Positions 54,462 to 64,000 of a stretch of DNA of 64,000 nucleotides are shown here, piece by piece. Each line of letters begins with the position of its first letter. The stretch's first letter is position 1. The notes below the pieces were generated by a model that had not been told where the DNA came from, made no database searches, and saw nothing but the letters and a program-made list of their open reading frames with translations. The stretch is from the NCBI RefSeq assembly GCF_009914755.1, contig NC_060940.1. One strand, given 5' to 3'. The DNA is from the human T2T-CHM13v2.0 reference genome, Homo sapiens. The translations under genes and the position numbers were made by a program.

Positions 54462-56559
54462 GAGGGAAAGCGAGGAAGAAGCGTAAGTGTATCTTACAGT
54501 TTAAAACCATAATGGGACATATCATTTTCTTAGTTCTCCATTTATTAATAAAATGCCCAATACCTTCTGGCATGTGCTTTGAACTGCTTTTAATTATCTT
54601 CAGTTGGATGGAGAAAAGGTAATGGGGACCTCATAATAGTCGTGGAGGGACAACTGGGATTTATTTCCATAGGGAAGGCAGAGACTGTTTGCCAGGGAAC
54701 CAAGGCCTTTCAAAGTTGAGGACACTTCCCGGTGCCGTGCGGTGTAAATCACAGTGCAAACTATGCGATTATCCCCTGCAGAGGAATCGAGTGTGACTTT
54801 ATGGGATTCTTCACCAAGCACTTAGGAATAATCTGATATAAAACAGCAGGGGTGGAGAGTAATGACAACTTCAAATTAGTTTAATGAATGTTTACATTTA
54901 AAAAAAAAAGGCTTTTCTGCAAACCTGAAAATAAGAAGTGACAGCTTCCTTTCCTATTTCCCTTGCAAGAGGTACCTCCTGGTTTTCAGCCTGAGGAGGA
55001 AGGTGGCTTTATTTAACTCCTTCAGCCCCGGAACATCACAGGGCCCTTCTTTGTGCATTCTGGGTTCTAACAGCCCCTTGAACAGTGCTTGAGAGTATTT
55101 CCATTATAAATGTCGAATCGGCATTGAAGGAACATCTGTTTTAAGTCAACTTAGACTCAATCCAGGAAAAAAAATAAATTTCTGGCTGTCCACCTGCTCA
55201 AAAGGTCAATTACCCACCCAAATCAGCCAGAGATGGCTGATGGGCTACAGATGCCGAGGATATTTTTAGCAGGATTTTGGCAGGTACCCTGCTTGTTGAA
55301 TGCAGCAAAGAAGAGGGAGGTTGATAAACCATTATACTGTTTGAAAGTTGGTGCCGCGCCAAATCTCCCACCAAATCTGGATGGTGCTTTTGAGCTATTT
55401 CCCCACTTCTGCTGAAGAAGGATTCATTTCAGTAGAAGGAGTGGGATAGGAAATGTTCACATTGCTTGCAGTATGTGAAATAGACCTCGAGGTATTTTGG
55501 ATAAAAAAGCAACATTCGTGTTTTAGATATGGTTACCCAGCCCAAGCCGCCTCTGCTCTTTATAGCCGTGTTTTTGAAGTGTTCTTATTTTTTGTTCCGA
55601 AATCGGAATATTTCCTGGCGTGCGTATCTTGGCCCCATCACATCACAACAGGCTGAATGCTGTCCACAGGTTGCCAGTCTGGATATGGAATATTAGTCAA
55701 AACGATATAAACTAACTTGGTCTCTGCTATAGGAGGGACAAAATAACTACAAAACAAAAGCAAGAAATAAAACAAAACCAAACAAAAGCCTGCAGTGTTT
55801 GGGCCCCTTTCAGGGATATCTGGAAAACCAAATGGAGAATTCCAGGAGCGGATTTGGAAACAAGGTTGGGTCTACTTTGGCCTTTAAGCCATCACTAGAA
55901 ACACTGACTCTTGCGCGCTAGAGTGATGTTTTTCCTTCTCTTTTGGATTGACGTGCCAGCACCTCAAGAAACCTCTGTGAAAAATCCACAGGTCTTCAAG
56001 AACCAGAAGAAAACAGAATAAAAATAGCTCAAAATAAAAATGAAAATGAAAATAGAGCAAACATCCATTTCTGTGGGACCTAAAGAGTTGGGAAACCTAA
56101 ACAACCAGATGATGATAGCTGTTGCTGCTCTTCCTGAAATCAATTTTAAAGTAGGAATTGTCAAAGATAATGAGACTAGTATGGAGCAAAAACTGGCAAT
56201 TTTCAGTTAACCAGAATGTTGCATGAATTAGAACCCCAGATTTTCCTGGAGATGACTCTAGCCAGGCCATTTGAGGACAAGTTGCCAAATATTTGTATTT
56301 TAGAAGCCTCAGAAGTGTGCACAATTTTCTAGTTCTCAACAAGGCACTACAGCAACATGTCTAGTGTTTATGTAAATGATCTTTATAAATCCTCTAGCTG
56401 ATAGAGAGTTTTCTTCCATCACAGGCAAAATGTGGGTTTAGATGCAATTTGTAATATTGTTGTACAAGAGTGGGGTCCTTTCACTGACATATACGAAGTG
56501 TTGTAATACAAGGCAAAGAAAATACAAACCCATCCTTAGTCATTTAGAAAGACAACCTG

Positions 56560-56725
56560 GTTGAGAATTTAAGATGATGGTTTAGGGCATAGCTTGTGGA
56601 ATTCGATGGGTTGCACTGTAAGTTTCAGTTTCCTTATCTGTAAAAGTAGGAATAATATCTAGACCTAAAGGTTATTTTGAAGATTAAATGAGATAATGCG
56701 TGAAAAGTGCTGACTCAGCACCTGC
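56560..56725 (+). mobile_element. MIR
   Basis: 'tcagtttccttatctgtaaaagtaggaataat...gaagattaaatgagataatgcgtgaaaagtgc'. Confidence 0.85.
56708..56720. promoter_or_regulatory. Perfect T-MARE (Maf recognition element)
   Basis: TGCTGACTCAGCA exact match; function untested. Confidence 0.45.
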
Positions 56726-57465
56726 AGAACCCATGCGTCGTCATCATCACGTTTGTTGAGGGATTTGAGGCGTGTCTAGGAACGCAGATGTGGAGACACC
56801 TGGAGCATCTTCAGGAGCTGTTTCTGCGGATTCTCATGTGGCTTATCAAGCACAGGAAATAGTTTTCCTGGAAAGACATGGAGCAAAGCAGTTATTTAGC
56901 CGTCCATCCGGCACTGCCAACCTCTTCGTGTTCCTGCAAGGATTAAATGAGAGATGGTGACAGTAGAGAGTCAGCCCTGAGGGAGGAGTGTACAATTCAT
57001 GGGCTACTATTCCATGTGTGTGGGTCAGGAGACGCTTAAGGCATTCACAGCACTGGGTGTGAGGAAGGATGCAAATAAGCTTAACTTATTTATGAATTAT
57101 CTGCCCTGGAATGGCATTCTAATGTTGTGTTGGAAGAGAGACAAGAATGTGCTGGGAGGATACTCAGTTTATAACGGACGTTCTGATGGCCAGTGCAAAT
57201 GGCGCCAGGAATCTGTGTTTATAGAGATGGAGCATGGATGCCCCTGAGCACCTGTGTGTGTGCGAAGGGTGAATGGGTTGCTGGGAGTTCGTCGGTTGTT
57301 TAGGGAAGCACTTACGTGTATGCCTGTGTGTGTCTCTAGGACTCACTCTCCACTTCCCACCTTACTTATTATTAGTGTTCTTGTTTCTCTTCGCTATGGG
57401 GAAATGCAGATAAACCGTAAAAACTTGATAGAGTGAACAAAGGCTTCGGAAGCTTCCTTAGTTCT

Positions 57466-58169
57466 TATAATTGCTCAATGGGTTCTTCTTGCCTGCTGCA
57501 CAGGTAAAACCCAGTTCACTGAGATGACATTATGGCAGGAAAGAAAGAGTTTAATTAACACAAGTCCAGCCAAGCAAAAGGACAGGAGTTTATTATTACC
57601 CAAATCAGCCTCCCCGAAAATTTGGAGGCTAGTGTTCTTCCAGGATAGTTTAGCAGGAAGGGAGCTAGGGAATGGAAAATGCTGATTGGTTGGGGATGAA
57701 ATCATTGAAGTGTGGAAAATGGTCCTCGTGCACTGGGTCAGCCTCAGTTCCAGTTGAATCACAAGTCCCAGGCCTAGGTGGGGTCAGTGGGTCATCAAAA
57801 TGCAAAAGTCTGAAAACCATTCCAAAAAAACCAGTCTTAGGTTCTACAATAGTGATGTTATCTACAGGAATAATTGGGGAAGTTCCAAATCTTGTGACCT
57901 CCTATGCCTACATCTTAGCTGAATTCAGACCCCTCTCCTAATCCTAACCTTGTGGCCTTTTAGGAGCTTTACAAAGGTGGTTTCATTTCGGGAAAGGCTG
58001 TTATCATTCTTGCTTTAAGATTAAAGTATAAACTAAATTCTTCCCAGTGTTACTTTGCCCTATGCCCAGGGATGAGTGAGGACTGCCAGCCCGTGGGGCT
58101 AGAAGCAAGATGGAGTCAGCTATGCTGTCATATTCCTCTTATGGTCACAATTTCACAAAGGTGGCTTCA
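57466..58169 (-). mobile_element. ERV1 solo LTR (LTR8-family)
   Basis: Reverse strand begins 'tgaagccacctttgtgaaattgtgac...gactccatcttgcttcta'; 4-bp TSD ttct at 57462-57465 and 58170-58173. Confidence 0.8.
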
Positions 58170-58174
58170 TTCTC

Positions 58175-58740
58175 ATGACCATTGCTCCCAGGCATTGTTC
58201 TTGAATACCTTAGAAAGTTTCATTAGCTCATGTCTCTCCTCTTTGTACCACCTTCCAACATTTCCCTACTGCCTTGGACATTAAAGTCCAAATCCAGTCT
58301 GTTCATCATGATCTGTGGAGCCTTTGATAATCGCAGCCTCCAGCTTCTCCTTCACACCTGTCTCCTGTCTCCTGCTTTTTCTTTTTGTGCACTGCCCAAG
58401 AACCTTTTCATCTACTAATCTTTGAGTTTGCCGTCCTCTCTTCCTAAATCACTCCCCTCCCTCCACTGTTCCACGTGGGACGTTCCTTCCAGAGAGGCCT
58501 CCCTTAAGCCCACCTTCCATACCTCCTCTGGTTATCCTCAGTCATGAGGCCCTGCTTCCTCCCGCACACTGAGCACAGGCAGTACCTGCTTTACTCATGT
58601 ACTTGTTTATTATCTGTGTCACCCAGTGGGACATAGTAGACTCCATCAGGGCTGGGAAGGAATCTGCCTTCGTCACCATTTTGACATCATTATCAAGTGC
58701 GCAATTAGGCTCACAGTTGAGCTCAACATAGGATCTGTGG
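58175..58740 (+). mobile_element. L2 3' region
   Basis: 'taaagtccaaatcc', 'ccagagaggcctccc' and 'agactccatcagggctgggaa'. Confidence 0.6.
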
Positions 58741-58810
58741 AAGGAAAGAAGGACAGAAGGAAGGAAGGGGGAAGGGAAGAAGGGAGGAAGGGAGGGAAGG
58801 AAGGAGGGAA
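58741..58810. repeat. (GGAA/GGGA)n purine tract
   Basis: Directly visible. Confidence 0.85.
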
Positions 58811-59504
58811 TAATTTCCAGGAAGCCTCATTGGATTTCTTTCCCCCTTATTTCTGAAAGCTCACCTCTTTACAGCTGGCAAGGCCAGCAGAACTGAACAA
58901 TAGAGCCGGATTAAGCAAGCATTCAGGTGCCCACTTAATTCAATCGGCGAATTTGCATTTCTCAGGCTCTGTGCCATGAGAGCCTGCCGCCTCAAGGGAC
59001 CACCTGCCTTCTACCAGAAGGACTTTGCTCCTTGGAGAATTTCCCTCTGGCAATGGTCCAGGTCAAACGAGGTACCATACAAATGTGGCTTGTCACCATT
59101 TTCCAGTTTAACTTTCTCAAGCCTTGGCTGCCTCGATTTCATTCCAGACTACAGTAGCAGCTGAAAAGGTAGCTACCATTGCAGTCGAAGACACTGGCAG
59201 ATGGGACTGGCTTGTTGGCAGAGATGGCAGAGATGGCAGAGATATGAACTATCTCTGAAAGGGCATTCTGCATGCCACAGTTAAGTGCTCTGTTGAAGGA
59301 CGGGTCTGGAAGGGAGCATCCGCGAAATGAATAAGAAGGTGGTTATTAGTGAGGTCTCCCTGAAAGGAGCATAGCTGGATGCAATCCTTGGAGGCCCTGT
59401 CTAGGGCCTGTCTGGGGCTCCAGCTTTCATAGGGCCGGCCATCCCCTTTGCTCTGGGTGAGATCTGTCTTTGCTTCTGGTGATTCTGATATTCACTATCG
59501 AGAA

Positions 59505-60080
59505 CGATTGCTTTAAAACACATCAGATCAAAGTTTTCTAAAATCAGAGTAAAAGCTAAAACCTTTGCAAGGTCCTGCATGACTTGAGTCCCTGTTCCTC
59601 CCTTGACATCAAAATGGCTGTTGTCTGCTCTCGCTCTCTCTCTTTCTCTCTCTCTGCTTCAGCTGTCCTGACCTCCTTGACCTTTCTTAAAAACTTTATG
59701 AAAACTCCACGTTTGGGCTTCCCTCCACCTGAGATGCTCTTCTCGGCTCCTGTGAGGGCTACCCCTTTACCCTTTATAGTGTCTGCCCGGACATCTCCTC
59801 ACTAGAGACCTTCCCTGACCACTGCCACATGGAATAGTACTAATACTTCATGCTCATCCTCTGCCTGCCCTGGGTTTTTAATTTGTGCGTGTGGGTGGGG
59901 TGGGGGGCGGGGGGGGGCACTTATCACCACCTGCATATTATGCTTTTGTGCATTTCAGGTTGGTCTTTCCCGCAAGAAGGTAAACTCATCTGCAGCTGTA
60001 TTCGCTGTGCCTATGGTAGTGCCTGGCAAATGCACAGAAGTGGGTATTACTGAGGACTTTGTGGTTCGAATGGAATGAGT
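59505..60080 (+). mobile_element. L2 3' region
   Basis: 'tcagagtaaaagctaaaacc', 'agagaccttccctgaccac' and 'agtgcctggca'. Confidence 0.65.
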
Positions 60081-60791
60081 GTGCTGCTGACAGTGTTGCG
60101 AGTCATCTGCAAATGAAAAGTCCTTCCTTCTCTTCCCTTCTGGAACCTTCCAAAGAGGCTAGCCTCCTGAGAGGGCGTCTCCTGGGAATGCCTGTGATCC
60201 AGGCAAGGCACCTAAATCAGCCAATAAATAATTAGTTTTGAGAAAAAAGCCTGCACAAAAGCAGAACTCACAGATTTTCTCATTGATCTTCCTGCCTTTG
60301 CCTTGGCCATGGTCAGTCTTTGGGGCTATTAGCTGCATGTACAAGTGCACAGGGGATGGGAGGGGGGCTCCGGAAGATCCCTAACCCATTGTGGACACAC
60401 CATTTATGTTAGTGGAATCTGGTAAGAGTGATTGAGGAGAGAGCATTGGGTGAATGACCCTGTAATCCTTATAAAAATAGTAGCAACGGTAACTAATGAT
60501 GTTTATGAACTGCCTAAGAATGCCATGACTGTGTCAAGCACTTCCCATAACTAGCTCATGTAAAGCCTGTAACCATCTTGGGGGTGAGGACAATTATGTC
60601 CCATTGTGTTATGTGTCTGTGTTTGCAGGAGTTGTTCAGTGGTAAGGTGCAGTCAGGACTTAAACCCGTGTTCCTGAGAGTAGCTCTGTGCTGCCTGACA
60701 CACTCCTTCCTCCTGAATGCACAATCATATGTTCACGTGCCACATGGTTTTCAGAAAGCACTGCACGTGTAGGAAGCTCAAGACAGAGACG

Positions 60792-61091
60792 TGGCTGGTC
60801 ACGGTGGCTCATGCCTGTAATCTCAACGCTTTGGGAGGCTGAAGCAGGAGGATCACTTGAGCCTAGGAGTTCGAGACCTGGGCAACATGGTGAGACCCCC
60901 ATCTCTACAAACAACAACAACAAAAAAAAAAATTAGCCAGGCGTGGGGGTGCATGCCTGTGCTCCCAGCCACTCAGGAGGCTGAGGTGGGAGGATGGCTC
61001 GAGCCCAGGAGGCCAAGGCTGCAGTGAGATATGACCTCACCACTGCCCTGCAGCCTGAGCTATAGAGCCAGAACTTGTCTCAAAAAAACCC

Positions 61092-61139
<48 letters not shown>

Positions 61140-61144
61140 GAAAG
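60792..61144 (+). mobile_element. Alu (AluJ-like) with (TAA)n tail
   Basis: Sense dimer; about 15 TAA units at ~61092-61138. Confidence 0.95.
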
Positions 61145-62541
61145 CGAGAGAGGAGGTAGGGAATGAATGCCGAAAGTGGTTCCTTGGGTCTGATGCCCAC
61201 GCTTAACCGATTCCCAGCCAAACATTTCACAGTTGTCTTACGCACAGGCGTAAGATATGCATCTATCTTGGTGTGCACCTGAGAAGTAGTTATGTCTAAG
61301 TTTCCGACTTGACTTGGTAGAGTCATTTGATCAGTAAAGCGCAGAGCAGATGAACTACCTGGAAAGAAAGTGCCGGAACTCCCCACGTGTGACATCTCAC
61401 TTCGGGGAAAGGTGGGCCCTGCGCTGCGCTTGGCGAAGGTAAATGCACCTGGGTATCCTCTTGACCTGGAATGGTGGAAAATAAAGAAAACTTCAGCATG
61501 TAGCAAGTAGTTGTGAGTACGATTAATGCTGTTTAGAGTTGCCAGTTCTCTTACGCACTCAGCGAAGGCCGTGTGGCTTCGCATTAATCACCACCAAGCC
61601 AACATGAGCTTCCAGCAAAAGAGCCCAGTGATTGGGAACAAATTCAAAACAGCTTTATTTCATTGACAGACAGGACCTTTTTGTTAAACTGTGGTTTAAA
61701 GACCTTTACATCTCTGTCTTGTTCACACGTTACTGTAGTCATTTACGTAAACTTAGGAACTAAGAACCGACTTATTTATCACAACCTATTGGCAGGAAAA
61801 GGGTCACATAAAAAAGAATCTTTATTGGTAGGTTTTTTTTTTTTTTTAAAGCTAATAAACAGTGCTAGTGGAAAGTATGCTGTTATCAACCATTATTGAA
61901 GTAAGTGGGTTTCTGGACTGAAAAAAAATAAAGAAAACATCTAAATGTCAGTGTGCAAATAGAAAGTAGCAGTCAATTAAATGAGGCAGTGTGTGGTCAC
62001 CATAGATGGCCAATGTCTGTGTTATTAGGGAAAGAAGAGAAGCCGGGAAGGAGGAGGAGGTTTCTGGGGTTAACCTGTGTTTTGCTAACTGGTGTTAGTT
62101 AGTCTCAGATAAGAGCTCTATGTAAACCAACTTTGGCCCAAATTGACTCATTGAAAAACACCTTGTTTCAAATTTTTTCCCCCTCTATGACCAAAAAGTT
62201 ACCCAAACCTTTGTGTCACATATTTAAGGATGTTCAAGGCAACCAATTAGTATTCAAGCATTTAGAATTATTTTGAAACATCTTCTGTGAAAAACAATTT
62301 ATTTCCTATTCCAAAATAAATGCAGAATATTCCTAATATAGTTTGATAGTTCCTCCTCAAGACTTATCATTCAAAGATTGGGCAAATTGACTTGAAAGAG
62401 AAAAGTTAAGCTATTTCCCTAATACCAAGGCAATGCAGGTCAGCTGCAGTGCCTAATGTTTATAAAACTTGTAAATGTTGAAACCCACACTTGGTCTGAG
62501 AGAACATCATGCTCCAGTTTGTTCTTAGGAATGTGTTTCTG

Positions 62542-62543
<2 letters not shown>

Positions 62544-62579
<36 letters not shown>
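62544..62579. repeat. (TG)n microsatellite
   Basis: About 17-18 TG units. Confidence 0.97.
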
Positions 62580-62583
<4 letters not shown>

Positions 62584-64000
62584 CAGAAACCAACTGGGAA
62601 GGGCCCTAAGCTGAGATTACTGTTGAGAAGTAAATTGTGCTTTTAAAGTGTCCTCCAGCAAAATGGTCTCCTGGCTGTCTTTGGAAATGACGTATCAGTC
62701 CAGATGCCCTTTTTCTTGATGGATTGCTAGGATTTTTACTCACCACCGATGGAAAATTCTCATAGTCTGGAAGGGTGGAGCGTCTGCCTTCTATCATGAT
62801 TGTACACAGATGAGCAAAGCTCCTTGGCAATGAGTGAGGCAGACGGGCAGTCAGGTTCGGACTGGTGCAGCAGGTAGGCTGCTGCTAGGGAGGAAGGAAG
62901 AGGCACAGAAGTTCAGGGCGTGAGAGGGTATGCGAGAGATGTCAACAATCCAGGAGCTGGCTTGCTTCTTCCTTTAGTCAGTGGTGCAAGCTTCAAGTGG
63001 ATAATTCAAATGAATCAATGGAAAGGCCTCTTTTAACATTTGATTTGTTTCTTCAAAGAACACAGATGAAGTTTTTCTCATCTCTTTAGATTAGTGATTC
63101 TATATTGGTGAGGGAGTGGAAGAGAAATGTGGGTGTGTTGACTATATTCTCCACAGAAACTTTTTGAAGTAGCATCCTCACTCAGCACAGAACATTTTGA
63201 CAATACACTTCCAGGGCAGGTGGTTTCTTACTATGTCCCTCCCTACCCCCACATACTTTGGGACTCAGAATGTAGGGAGTGTACTCTCGAGGGATGCGGC
63301 CCATACGTGAATGCATGGAGGCAGCATATAAGGTTGCAAAGCACTGACCTTCTCTTTTTATGATTCCCATTTATTCCATAGACTGTGAAGTCTGCCTGTA
63401 CATTTCCAGGCTAGCAGTTTTTAATCAAATGTATGATCACTTTCTTCTGATGAACACAGTTAAGGGGCTTTGTTGTTCAGGTGAGTCTCACATTGTACTC
63501 CTCTCCTAAGAGCATTTATTATTACTTGCTACATACATTTTTGACAACCTGACAATGACTTTTTTGTCTTAATTTGGAGAAAACATACTCTGAGCTTTTG
63601 AAGTTGGTGTACTTGTTAAAGGAAGCCAGAAAAGCTTTTCAACCATTTGAGAGGGTGTGAAATACAGAAGGGGTTGTGCGTTTCTTCCCCCCTCATCTCT
63701 TAGAGCCCTGTTACCCAAGAGAGTTCACCAATTACCCAAACCAAGTTTCATTTTGTTTTCTCTCTAGTTTGAAAACTGTTTTTATTGCTTCAACTCTCCT
63801 TGTCTAGGAGAGCTGTTTCAGGTTTTTAGAGTCCTAAGAAAGGCTTCACTGGCTCTCTGCCAGCCTCCTGTCCCATTACACGCTCAGGCTTGTAGTCAGT
63901 TACTCTCTGCTGGTTTTGCTAAACCACTCTTGGGTCTTTCTTGGCCTCCTGCCCCGCATTCCCCTTCACGTTGTAAACGTAGCTTTTTAAGTTGGTCCCT

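Noticed and set aside
61060-61584. 174-aa ORF with poly-Tyr
   Set aside because: The poly-Tyr comes from the (TAA)n Alu tail; the remainder has no recognisable homology.

Overview
Primate (human-like) genomic DNA with no recognisable protein-coding gene, rRNA, tRNA or CRISPR array. I could not identify the locus. The window is dominated by interspersed repeats: about 26 Alu elements or fragments, L1 and L2 fragments, MIRs, MaLR LTRs (MLT1/MST), two ERV1 solo LTRs (LTR10-like and LTR8-like) and DNA transposon relics (MER3, MER20, MER58, Tigger3, Charlie-like). Repeat-free AT-rich stretches (e.g. 45.1-46.8 kb) look regulatory, and a few splice-signal-bounded segments could belong to a lncRNA. 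The ORF track is explained by Alu, low-complexity and chance ORFs. The most unusual structure is at about 21.8-28.1 kb. There, a perfect 82-bp AT-rich palindrome is followed by a patchwork of short segments copied from nearby DNA, a ~255-bp copy inserted into an L1 between 42-bp duplications, and a ~57-bp copy inserted into an Alu. This reads as a local hotspot of templated insertion or template switching. Other notable items are a twin-primed L1 nested in an LTR, a 123-bp dispersed direct repeat, a perfect Maf element inside a MIR and a small CpG-rich patch. I see no convincing evidence of a new gene-encoded system. Repeat subfamily names come from remembered consensus sequences, and boundaries of old repeats are approximate.
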